The position numbers were made by a program, and so were the translations under genes. Under the pieces are notes generated by a model, which was given only the letters and a program-made list of their open reading frames with translations, did not search any database and was not told where the DNA came from. This document shows positions 16,782 to 25,584 of a stretch of 31,645 nucleotides of DNA, piece by piece; position 1 is the first letter of the stretch; the number at the start of each line of letters is the position of its first letter. This DNA comes from an uncultured Mageeibacillus sp. (lineage in GTDB: Bacteria; Bacillota; Clostridia; Saccharofermentanales; DTU023), in contig CAZGCS010000003.1 in NCBI GenBank assembly GCA_964524395.1, forward strand, positions 1-31,645. The letters run 5' to 3'.

Positions 16782-18269
16782 ATGACACGATTTTTGCCGA
16801 TGCAACTTAAGCACTGGACCGATGGCGAGCTCTGGCAGACCCCCGGGCACACCACCGATTCGGAACGGTTTTATCCCTCTGTTTCAACCGATACACGGAC
16901 CCTGAGCCCCGGAGAGATTTTTGTTCCCCTGCGGGGCGATCTCTACGATGGCCACCATTTTCTGGATATGGCAGCGGAGCGGGGGGCCGGTATGCTGGTC
17001 GTTGAGCGCCAGGCATCGCAGCTTGCAGACTGGCTTGACCGCCTGCGAACGGATGAAAACACACCGGATCTGCTGGTCGTTGAAGACGCCGGAGACGCCT
17101 ACCGTGACATTGCCAGGGGCTTTCGCGCTACCTTGGCGGCCACGGTAATCGGGGTGACGGGAAGTGTTGGGAAAACCACAACCCGCAGGATGATCTGTCA
17201 AATGATCGAATCCCAGGTCAGGGCGGAACAATCCGCCAAAAATTTCAATAATCAGGTAGGACTGCCCCGCACCATTCTGTCGACCCGGCTGGATACCCAG
17301 GCCCTGGTTGCTGAACTGGGCATGTCACGCCGCGGCGAGATCCGTATCCTGTCAAAGATTTCCCTGCCGGATATTGCCATTATTACCCAGATTGGCATGT
17401 CACACGCCGAATCGCTGGGTTCCATGTCGGAAATCCTGGCCGAAAAAACCTCCATCACAGAAGGAATGAAAGAAAATGGGCTCCTGATCGTCAACGGGGA
17501 CGATCCCCTGCTGGAAGGCTGGATCCTGCGTGAACGACCTTCAGTGCCGGTCTGGTATATCGCAAGCGAGTCAAACGCTGGTCGTCTGGAACGTGATGGC
17601 ATCCCTGTGTTTTGGGCGGAGCATGTCCGGTTGGACCGGGAAGGTGTCTCCTTCGTCGGCCGGTCCAACCTGACTCCTGATGAACGTTGGCCCGTTTACC
17701 TCAAAGCTCCTGTAATGCATTTGGTGCCGGCCGCCCTTTTCGGCCTTGCGGTCGTTTATGCCATGGGGCTCAATATGCAGGAGGCAGCTGCCTCAGCCCG
17801 GCGTTTCACCATGTCCGACAGCAGGCAGGAACTGATCCATGTCGGCTCCATTGATGTCATGGACGATTCCTACAACGCTTCCCCCGAGTCGCTCCATTCC
17901 GCCCTCAAGACAGCTTCCTTTTTGGCAGAGGATAAAGGGCGCCTGGTCGCAGTTCTTGGCGGCTTGAGGGAACTTGGCCGCTATTCGGCTGAAGTACATG
18001 AGAATGCGGCACTTGAGTTGCTGGATGCCGGGGTGGACCGGGTCTTTTTGGTGGGTGAAGAGACAATCAGGACCCGCGACCAGCTCTTGACAGACCACCG
18101 GGGCGCTGCCATGGTGGCCGGCTGGTACGCGACGTGTCAGGAGGCGATTCCTGCGGTACTTGCAGAACTCAGGCCCGATGATTTCCTCTTGCTCAAGGCT
18201 TCGCGATTTTACGAGCTTGAAAAGATTGGCGAAGCCATGCAAAACACGGGGCTGTTGGGGGAGGCTTAG
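16782..18269 (+). CDS. murF: UDP-N-acetylmuramoyl-tripeptide--D-alanyl-D-alanine ligase
   Basis: STDTRTL, P-loop GVTGSVGKTT, NFNNQVGLP, ELGMS, DDSYNASPES, LKASR. Confidence 0.95.
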   Translation: MTRFLPMQLKHWTDGELWQTPGHTTDSERFYPSVSTDTRTLSPGEIFVPLRGDLYDGHHFLDMAAERGAGMLVVERQASQLADWLDRLRTDENTPDLLVVEDAGDAYRDIARGFRATLAATVIGVTGSVGKTTTRRMICQMIESQVRAEQSAKNFNNQVGLPRTILSTRLDTQALVAELGMSRRGEIRILSKISLPDIAIITQIGMSHAESLGSMSEILAEKTSITEGMKENGLLIVNGDDPLLEGWILRERPSVPVWYIASESNAGRLERDGIPVFWAEHVRLDREGVSFVGRSNLTPDERWPVYLKAPVMHLVPAALFGLAVVYAMGLNMQEAAASARRFTMSDSRQELIHVGSIDVMDDSYNASPESLHSALKTASFLAEDKGRLVAVLGGLRELGRYSAEVHENAALELLDAGVDRVFLVGEETIRTRDQLLTDHRGAAMVAGWYATCQEAIPAVLAELRPDDFLLLKASRFYELEKIGEAMQNTGLLGEA

Positions 18270-18271
18270 CC

Positions 18272-19300
18272 ATGTTTCCGAAAGAAGCGCTTTCCTGCTC
18301 TCTCTATGCCGCACTTGCTGTTTTTGCCGCCACCATCCTGGCGGGTCTTACCGGCATGCCTTTGATCCGAAAGAGAGTATCCGCCCAGCCCATCCGTGAC
18401 GACGGTCCAAAGACGCACAAGGTCAAGGAGGGAACGCCGACCTTTGGTGGTCTTTTCTTCCTTGTTCCTCTCCTGGTACTTGCCGCAGTTCTGCCCTGGG
18501 TCAGCAAAACCTTCCTGCAACTGTCCATTGTGATTCTTTTCATGGCCATCTTCGGCGCCATTGGGTTCGCAGACGATTATGTCAAGGTCAAGATCACGCG
18601 CAGAGGCCTGAGTGTCAAGCAAAAAACGATTCTGATCGGGGTGGCCTCCCTGGCGGCAGCTTCATACTTTCTTTGGTTGTCACCGGTTCCGCCCTTCATC
18701 CTGGCTCCCTTGTCGGCCCGGCTGATTGAAATCACAGGTGCCTGGAAAGTCCTTTACCTTATTATCCTGGTACCCTTCCTGTTCTATATGAGCAACTCCA
18801 TCAATATCACCGATGGCGTGGATGGCCTGCTGGCCAATCTGATGACCATGGCGTCCCTCGGCTTGTTCGCTGTCGCCGGCCTTCTTTACACCACCCTGCC
18901 CCAGGCCCTGTCCATCATGGTCCTGTCCGCGGCCATGGCAGCTGGATGTCTTGGTTTTCTCCATTTCAACCGTTACCCCGCCAGGATCTTCATGGGGGAC
19001 ACGGGATCCCAGGCTCTGGGTATCGGCTTCACCCTGCTGACTGTCGTGGCGGGCATGCCATACCTTGCATTGATCACCGGCTTTGTTTTCTTTTTTGAAG
19101 GTCTGTCGGTGGTTCTGCAGGTTGCCTATTTCAAGGCAACCGGGGGCAAGCGGATCTTTCGCATGTCGCCTGTCCATCATCATTTCGAGTTGAGCGGCTG
19201 GCCTGAGACCAAGGTGGTTTTCGTTTTCAGCCTGGCTGGCGTGTTCTGTGCCCTTGCCGGTTTCCTGCTCATGTCGGGGCAGCTCTTCAGCGGGAGATAG
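18272..19300 (+). CDS. mraY: Phospho-N-acetylmuramoyl-pentapeptide transferase
   Basis: KEGTPTFGG, GFADDY, NSINITDGVDGL, IFMGDTGS, PVHHHFEL. Confidence 0.97.
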   Translation: MFPKEALSCSLYAALAVFAATILAGLTGMPLIRKRVSAQPIRDDGPKTHKVKEGTPTFGGLFFLVPLLVLAAVLPWVSKTFLQLSIVILFMAIFGAIGFADDYVKVKITRRGLSVKQKTILIGVASLAAASYFLWLSPVPPFILAPLSARLIEITGAWKVLYLIILVPFLFYMSNSINITDGVDGLLANLMTMASLGLFAVAGLLYTTLPQALSIMVLSAAMAAGCLGFLHFNRYPARIFMGDTGSQALGIGFTLLTVVAGMPYLALITGFVFFFEGLSVVLQVAYFKATGGKRIFRMSPVHHHFELSGWPETKVVFVFSLAGVFCALAGFLLMSGQLFSGR

Positions 19301-19302
19301 GC

Positions 19303-20751
19303 ATGTCGGGACGAGCAGGCAGAGCACAAAACAGGAAAGAGCGCGAGCTCGTGAGCAGTCATCGCATTGCCGCCTCCCACCGCCACATGTCCATGGCCTA
19401 TCTGCTGGTGTGGCTGATCCTGATCAGTTTCGGCCTTCTCATGATGTTCAGTTCCAGTTACGGAATCAGCTTCATCCAGTCCAGCGATGAAATGAAAAAT
19501 CAGCTGGCAGACACCGATGAATCCTTGCCTGTCCGCGCAGTCTACGAAGCCGACGCCACTGCCCTTGCCCGTAAGCAGATTTTTCTGACTCTTGTGGGCG
19601 CCAGCCTTGCGATTATGCTGGGCTCACTGATGCAATTCCGCCAATTGACCCGGCCCGCCTTCCGCTATATTATTTACGGCCTGGTGACGGCCAGTCTGCT
19701 CTACTGCGCGGTGGGGGGTCTGATCATCAACGGGGCAAGGCGCTGGGTTGATCTGGGAATTGTCAGCTTCCAGCCTTCGGAGCTGGCCAAGATAGGAGCG
19801 GTATTTTTTCTGGCCAGCTATTTCTCCCGCCGCCAGAAGGTGCGGAGACAGGAGGCTTTCAGCACTTCCAGAGGTGGCCCGGCGGTGTCTTTGTCCAAGC
19901 AGGCCTTCCTCGATGTCACCTGGCCCGCGCTTTTGATCGGTGTCTGGATTATCCTGACCCTGGTTCAGCCCCACCTGTCGGGCGCTCTCATCATCAGCCT
20001 GATCAGCCTGCTGGTTTTCTTTCTGGCAGACATCCCGCTCAAATCGCGGTTGACCGGTCTTTTCCAGCTGATTGTCATCCTGATCCTTGTCGCCCTGGTT
20101 CTGGGTGCAGGCTACCAGGCCATCACCAGGCAGTCTTCCGTCGAGTACGTAAACGAACGCTTTGCCCACGCCTTCAAACGGGTCGGAACTTTCCGTGACC
20201 GTGACGGCGCCAGCCTGGATGACCGCATGCAAATTGAGCAGGCGGAGCTGGCATTGGGTTCAGGCGGTTTGATGGGCAAGGGGCTTGGCAGAAGTGTCGC
20301 AAAGCTCAACTGGCTGTCCGAAGCACATAACGATTTTATCCTGCCTGTCATCGGTGAGGAACTGGGTTTTATCGGGGTCGCAAGCGTCATTGTTCTCTTC
20401 TTTTCTTTTCTGGTAGTTGGCATCCTGATTGCCCGTAAGGCCTCCTCCCACATGGCAATGCTGGTCGCCGCCGGCAATACCGTCCTGATCGCTGTCCAAG
20501 CCTTCCTCAATATGGCGGTGTCCGTGAGCCTGGTTCCGACGACCGGTATTTCCCTGCCATTTTTCAGCTACGGTGGAACGGCCAATTTCTTTTTCGCCCT
20601 TGCATCGGGTCTGGTACTCTGTGTGTCCAAATCGGCGGTTCGCACTGATCCCGCACTGGAGCGGATTGTCGAAAAAACCAGACCGGTGACAAGAAAAACA
20701 GCTGGCCATGATTCGCTTGATGAAGAAGAGGGGATGGGTTACGCTGTATAA
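19303..20751 (+). CDS. ftsW: SEDS peptidoglycan polymerase FtsW
   Basis: NGARRW, FQPSELAK, QPHLS, GSGGLMGKGLG, EAHNDFI, PTTGISLPFFSYGG; located directly before murG. Confidence 0.93.
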   Translation: MSGRAGRAQNRKERELVSSHRIAASHRHMSMAYLLVWLILISFGLLMMFSSSYGISFIQSSDEMKNQLADTDESLPVRAVYEADATALARKQIFLTLVGASLAIMLGSLMQFRQLTRPAFRYIIYGLVTASLLYCAVGGLIINGARRWVDLGIVSFQPSELAKIGAVFFLASYFSRRQKVRRQEAFSTSRGGPAVSLSKQAFLDVTWPALLIGVWIILTLVQPHLSGALIISLISLLVFFLADIPLKSRLTGLFQLIVILILVALVLGAGYQAITRQSSVEYVNERFAHAFKRVGTFRDRDGASLDDRMQIEQAELALGSGGLMGKGLGRSVAKLNWLSEAHNDFILPVIGEELGFIGVASVIVLFFSFLVVGILIARKASSHMAMLVAAGNTVLIAVQAFLNMAVSVSLVPTTGISLPFFSYGGTANFFFALASGLVLCVSKSAVRTDPALERIVEKTRPVTRKTAGHDSLDEEEGMGYAV

Positions 20752-20789
20752 GTGTAAAAATAAGAACGGATTACTGATCTGAGACGGAA

Positions 20790-21941
20790 ATGAACCCACA
20801 AGCGCGCTCCCAAACCATCATCATCGCAGCGGGCGGTACAAGCGGCCATATTTATCCCGCCTTTGCCATCGCTACGGGCATCCGGAAAGTACTGCCGGCT
20901 GTCCGTTTTATTTTCTGTGGCGCCCCGGGCGGCCTGGAACAAGCCATGGTCGAAGCGGAGGGTTATGATTTTCAGCCCATTCCCGCCCAAAACATGCCTA
21001 ATCGCAGGGACAGGCGCTACTTCAGCTGGGCATGGAACAATGTCAGAGGTGTGCTCCGAAGCAGGGCACTGCTGAAGAAGGAGGCCCCACAGCTGGTTAT
21101 TGGAACGGGCGGCTTTGTCTCGGCCCCCTTGATCGCTGCCGCACGTTGCCTGAAGATTCCTTTCCTCCTGCACGAACAAAACGCGGTCCCCGGCAGGGCC
21201 AACCGTCTGTTTGCCCGCTGGGCGCGGGCCATCTTCATCAGCTACGAATCGAGCCGGTCCTACTTTCCCGCCAACGACCGCGTAATTTTCAGCGGAAATC
21301 CGGTGCGACCGCTCTTTTTCGAGCTTGACCGGACCGGAGCCAGAGAAGCGCTGGGTGTTGACAAGGATGCTTTTCTGGTCATGGCCATGGGCGGCAGCCT
21401 GGGTTCCAGAACCATCAATACCGCCATCGCCCGCCTGGATGAGTCTGGTGGCTGGACAGCCTTCCTGGAAAAATATCCCCGGCTGCGGCTGGTAGTCAGT
21501 ACCGGCGTTCAAAGCTCTGTCGATTTCGCAAGAGAAATTTCGGCGTTGCCAGGGGTGCTGGCTGCGGAACCTTTCCTGCATGACGCCCCCTACTGGATTG
21601 CCGCCTGTGATCTTTTTATCGGCCGGGCGGGTGCCATGACTTGCGCGGAAATCTCCTCACAGGGAAAGCCTTCAGTCCTTATTCCCTTTCCGCATGCGGT
21701 TGATGACCATCAGAAAGAAAACGCCCGGGCCATGGAAGAGGCCGGTGCGTCCCTGGTTTTCAGTGACGGGGATTTCAACAGCCGCCAGCTGCTCGAAACG
21801 CTGGATCATCTGATCGCAAGGCCAGACCTGCTGGCAGCCATGAGCGAAAGCGCCCGCCGCTGGGCGACACCCGACGCGGCTGGTACCATCGCCGGCATGG
21901 TCGCAAGTGTGATCGAACAAAATGAAACGGTCAACGCCTAA
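20790..21941 (+). CDS. murG: Undecaprenyl-PP-MurNAc-pentapeptide GlcNAc transferase
   Basis: GGTSGHIYP, GTGGFVS, HEQNAVPGRAN, GNPVR, GGSLGS, GRAGA, HQKENA. Confidence 0.97.
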   Translation: MNPQARSQTIIIAAGGTSGHIYPAFAIATGIRKVLPAVRFIFCGAPGGLEQAMVEAEGYDFQPIPAQNMPNRRDRRYFSWAWNNVRGVLRSRALLKKEAPQLVIGTGGFVSAPLIAAARCLKIPFLLHEQNAVPGRANRLFARWARAIFISYESSRSYFPANDRVIFSGNPVRPLFFELDRTGAREALGVDKDAFLVMAMGGSLGSRTINTAIARLDESGGWTAFLEKYPRLRLVVSTGVQSSVDFAREISALPGVLAAEPFLHDAPYWIAACDLFIGRAGAMTCAEISSQGKPSVLIPFPHAVDDHQKENARAMEEAGASLVFSDGDFNSRQLLETLDHLIARPDLLAAMSESARRWATPDAAGTIAGMVASVIEQNETVNA

Positions 21942-22917
21942 AAACTCCCGCCAGAAGAAGGCAGGTTCAAATCACCACGATTACCCCTTGCGAAACAAGG
22001 GCCGGTCCGATCCCTATCCCTCCATTTTCCAGCCATCCCCCTTTACGGACGAAAGCCGGAAAAAGAGGGCCAAAGAGAGAAGACGCCACCGCTTCGCTGG
22101 CTGGCCTTCGAGGTTTTTGCTCCTTTTGGCCCTGCTGCTGTCCTTGTCCATCCTGCTTGCTTTCCTGCCCCAGTTCACCATCGAAACCATCACGGTGTCC
22201 GGTACCCGTCTGGCCGATCAGGCAACAATAAAAGCCCTGGCAGGGATCAAGCAGGGCCAGCATTTCCTTCCCCGGTTGGGGGGTACCCCGGGCAGGTTCC
22301 TGACCCTGCGCTATGGCAGCCTTGAAGAGGAGATTCTGGCGGCCTGTCCCCTCATCCGCCAGGTCCGGGTGCGTTTCCGTTTTCCCTCAACTCTGGCCAT
22401 TACAGTGGAAGAAAAGGTGGAGATACTGGCCGTTCGCATATCCGGCGGCTACGCCCTGATTGACCGTGACCATGAAATCCTGAGGATTGCGGAGGATATT
22501 GACTTTGCCCTGCCTGTCCTGGAGGGCGTGACTGTCCAGGCCCGGGCGGTGGCGGGTGAATCACTAGAGGTGGAAGACCCCTCCCAGCTGACCGCGGCCT
22601 CAAAGCTGATTGCCGGACTGATCCAGCATGACCGGACGGACATGACAGGTCTGCAGTTGATGTCACTGGTCCGGCAGTTCAGGCAGATTGAGGGTCCCCT
22701 CTTTTTGCTCTTTATCCCTTTGTCGCAAGGTGGGGAGATACGTGTTAGACTTGAGGACAACAGATTACTGCAGGAAAAATTATCCTTGCTCGGCTACCTG
22801 CTTACCGGTGAGGACCTGATCCCTAAGGCGGCAGGAGAACTGGATTTAAGCGGTGAGACCGCCTATTTCCGCCCCGATGCGGGCGGTAGCAGTGCAAGCG
22901 ATTATTTCTTGCCCTGA
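21922..22917 (+). CDS. divIB: Cell division protein DivIB/FtsQ
   Basis: Basic cytoplasmic N-terminus, one TM, POTRA-like segment (FTIETITVSG...VRVRFRFPSTLAITVEE); position after murG. Confidence 0.85.
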   Translation: MKRSTPKNSRQKKAGSNHHDYPLRNKGRSDPYPSIFQPSPFTDESRKKRAKERRRHRFAGWPSRFLLLLALLLSLSILLAFLPQFTIETITVSGTRLADQATIKALAGIKQGQHFLPRLGGTPGRFLTLRYGSLEEEILAACPLIRQVRVRFRFPSTLAITVEEKVEILAVRISGGYALIDRDHEILRIAEDIDFALPVLEGVTVQARAVAGESLEVEDPSQLTAASKLIAGLIQHDRTDMTGLQLMSLVRQFRQIEGPLFLLFIPLSQGGEIRVRLEDNRLLQEKLSLLGYLLTGEDLIPKAAGELDLSGETAYFRPDAGGSSASDYFLP

Positions 22918-22947
22918 AGCAGGCCAGGATAGCTCGGAGGCGCATCC

Positions 22948-23349
22948 ATGCTGATAATTATCGGTCTTCTGATCGGTTTACTCTTAGGTCTATTTGCCAA
23001 TATCCCCCTCCCTGCCAGTATGGTGCCCTATCTGGCTGTCTTTACCCTGGTCGGCGCAGAAGCCTTGACCGGGTCATGGAATGCGTTGCAGGCAGGTGAT
23101 TTCGAACCGGGCAAATTTCTGATCGAGTTTGCGGCCAATGTGATCATTGCGGCTCTCATCACGGCTCTGGGCAATCAGATGAAATACGATTTTTCCCTGA
23201 TCGTCTCCTTCATTTTTGCCTACAGACTTTTTCGCAATATCAGTTTTATGTCCCGCAAGCTTCACAAAGACATCCAGACACGACGCCTGAACCGGAGCCG
23301 CAAAAAGGAAGAGGGCTTGCAGGAGAAACCGGAAAGGCCGGCTCAATGA
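22948..23349 (+). CDS. sbp: Small basic protein Sbp (DUF1290) membrane protein
   Basis: GLLIGLLLG...PYLAVFTL...FAANVIIAALITALG...RLFRNIS follows the recalled B. subtilis Sbp pattern; conserved position between divIB and ftsZ. Confidence 0.8.
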   Translation: MLIIIGLLIGLLLGLFANIPLPASMVPYLAVFTLVGAEALTGSWNALQAGDFEPGKFLIEFAANVIIAALITALGNQMKYDFSLIVSFIFAYRLFRNISFMSRKLHKDIQTRRLNRSRKKEEGLQEKPERPAQ

Positions 23350-23380
23350 GTGGGAGAGTCCCTGCAGACCGCGCTTTTGC

Positions 23381-23409
23381 TTGCGCGGTCCAGCGTGTTA
23401 ATGTAGAAT
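23381..23409 (+). promoter_or_regulatory. Candidate sigma-A promoter for ftsZ
   Basis: TTGCGC (23381-23386), 17 nt, TAGAAT (23404-23409); the -35 overlaps inverted repeat GACCGCGC-N8-GCGCGGTC (23367-23390). Confidence 0.55.
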
Positions 23410-23534
23410 ACTACGCGTGTAGCCGTCTCTTTGTTCAGGCTGACAGCAGGGCTATTCCCGCGGTATAAGCCAGTCTTGGCGGCGGATACAAAAGGCAACT
23501 GCTTTGTATGAAAAGATGAAAGGAGTTGCAGAAC

Positions 23535-24911
23535 GTGGCGGATTATGATTACAACATGGGGTTAGGTGATGGCCTTTACGCGACGATCCGGGTCATCGGG
23601 ATCGGCGGAGGTGGTTGCAATGCTGTCAACCGAATGATTGAGGGCGGTGTCCAGGGCATTGAATTCATCGCGGTCAATACCGACCATCAGTCCCTGCGGC
23701 ATTCGAAAGCAGGCGAAACCATCCGGATCGGTGAAAAAGTGACCCGCGGTCTGGGCGCCGGTGCACAGCCGGAGCTGGGCCAGAAAGCGGCCGAGGAGAA
23801 TATCGAGGAAATATCCAAGGCACTGGAAGGATCTGACATGCTCTTCATCACGGCCGGCATGGGAGGCGGTACCGGTACCGGGGGGGCACCCGTCATCGCA
23901 CAAGTAGCCGAAAGGCTTGGGATCCTGACTGTTGCTGTGGTGACCACGCCCTTCCGCTTCGAGGGCTCGCGCCGGCGGCAGAATGCCGAGAAGGGGGTTC
24001 GTGAACTCCAGCAACATGTTGATTCACTGATCGTGGTTCCCAACGACAAGCTGCTTGAGATCGCCAGCGATGACACGACTCTTGACGAGGCTTTTAACCT
24101 GGCCGACCGGGTTCTCCAGTATGGTGTTTCCAGCATTTCCGATCTGGTGGCCGTACCCGGTTTGATCAACCTGGACCTGGCGGATGTCAGACGGGTTATG
24201 ACCAATGCCGGCGTCTGCCATATGGGCATCGGGCGGGGAAATGGGGAGAGCAGGGCAGCCACAGCTGTTAAACAGGCCATGACCAGCCCACTGCTTGATA
24301 CCACGATTGACGGCGCCCAAAGCATCATCATCAACTTCACCGGCGGCCATGATATGAAGATGAAGGAAGTCAATGAGGCCGCTTCCCAGGTCCGCGAAGC
24401 CGTTTCTCCCGATGCAGAGATTATCTTCGGTGCGGTAATCGACGAGAATATGCAGGACGACCTGGTTATTACCATCATTGCGAGCCGCTTTGGCGGTGAC
24501 AGCATGCCGGCCCGCGCTGCTCGCGCAGGACACGTCCAGGCGCCGGCCCAACCGGCTTTCAGCTTACCGTCCAGACAGGCACAGCCAACCGGGTCGCGGT
24601 CGGCCATTGATGATTTGCCCGAATTCCTGAGACCTCCACGCGGCGGGCAGCTGAGGGGCCGCGAAACCGGCCAGGCAATGCAGGGAACCGGGTTCAGCCG
24701 GTCCAGTCAGCGGCACGACGACCAGGCCATGTCCGACATGATTGACCGGGCAACGGAAAACGCGGCCAGACATAACCGCAACATCCCCCGCGTGCTTGAT
24801 GAGGCTCCTCTTGACGGGACAGGCCCCACTCCCGAAAGACCGCGGACGGGGGGTAAACAGGAAGGCAGGGTCCTGCCCTGGTTCCTGCGGGATGATGACA
24901 TGGATCGCTGA
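23535..24911 (+). CDS. ftsZ: Cell division GTPase FtsZ with an extended C-terminal region
   Basis: VIGIGGGGCNAVNRM, AVNTD, GLGAGAQP, tubulin signature GGGTGTG, T7 loop INLDLAD. Start set at GTG 23535, 9 nt after AAGGAG. Confidence 0.99.
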   Translation: MADYDYNMGLGDGLYATIRVIGIGGGGCNAVNRMIEGGVQGIEFIAVNTDHQSLRHSKAGETIRIGEKVTRGLGAGAQPELGQKAAEENIEEISKALEGSDMLFITAGMGGGTGTGGAPVIAQVAERLGILTVAVVTTPFRFEGSRRRQNAEKGVRELQQHVDSLIVVPNDKLLEIASDDTTLDEAFNLADRVLQYGVSSISDLVAVPGLINLDLADVRRVMTNAGVCHMGIGRGNGESRAATAVKQAMTSPLLDTTIDGAQSIIINFTGGHDMKMKEVNEAASQVREAVSPDAEIIFGAVIDENMQDDLVITIIASRFGGDSMPARAARAGHVQAPAQPAFSLPSRQAQPTGSRSAIDDLPEFLRPPRGGQLRGRETGQAMQGTGFSRSSQRHDDQAMSDMIDRATENAARHNRNIPRVLDEAPLDGTGPTPERPRTGGKQEGRVLPWFLRDDDMDR

Positions 24912-25042
24912 CAGGCAATTGCGTGATCAACCTGCCTCGGACAGCCGGCGGGGCCGAAGACATTTTACTTTCTGACAGGGTGCGGCCGGATCGATGATCC
25001 GGTCGTGCTGTCTGCCGCATCCGGGGGAAGGAGGCCAAACTT

Positions 25043-25567
25043 GTGAAATGCCCTAACTGTGAAGGCAATGACGACCGGGTCGTCGATTCCAGGCCTTCGG
25101 AGGATGGCAATACCATCCGCCGCAGGCGTGAGTGTCTGCTGTGCGGAAGTCGTTTTACCACTTATGAGAAACTTGAAAATATCCCTTTGATGGTCATCAA
25201 AAAAGACGGAAGCCGCCAACCTTTCGACCGGCAGAAGCTCCTGATCGGTATCATGAAAAGCTGTGAAAAAAGGCCGGTAACCACCCAGCAGATTGAGGAG
25301 CTGATTGACCAGGTGGAACGGGCGGCAGGTAACGCCTTGAAGAGGGAGATCAGCACTTCAGAAATCGGGGAATTAGTCCTGAAACAACTGAGAAAAATAG
25401 ATGAAGTCGCCTACATCCGTTTCGCGTCGGTGTACAGGGCTTTTGGAGATATACGCTCTTTTTTCAAGGAGATCTCCTCCCTGCTCCAGAATGATGGCGG
25501 GGAAAGCGGACAGGATCCTGAAGAAGGTGGTTTTCTTGATCAGGCCTGGGATGAAGAGCAGACATAA
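25043..25567 (+). CDS. nrdR: Transcriptional repressor NrdR
   Basis: Zinc ribbon MKCPNC...VVDSR...IRRRRECLLCGSRFTTYE, ATP-cone (VIKKDGSRQPFDRQK), AYIRFASVY; SD AAGGAGG. Confidence 0.98.
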   Translation: MKCPNCEGNDDRVVDSRPSEDGNTIRRRRECLLCGSRFTTYEKLENIPLMVIKKDGSRQPFDRQKLLIGIMKSCEKRPVTTQQIEELIDQVERAAGNALKREISTSEIGELVLKQLRKIDEVAYIRFASVYRAFGDIRSFFKEISSLLQNDGGESGQDPEEGGFLDQAWDEEQT

Positions 25568-25584
25568 ACGAAGAGGAGCCCAAG

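Noticed and set aside
20717-20789. Internal promoter before murG (TTGATG-N17-TACGCT)
   Set aside because: Weak match to consensus and lies inside ftsW coding sequence.
23687-24607. 306-aa minus-strand ORF
   Set aside because: Lies entirely antisense to ftsZ; Ser/Ala/Pro-rich shadow composition.
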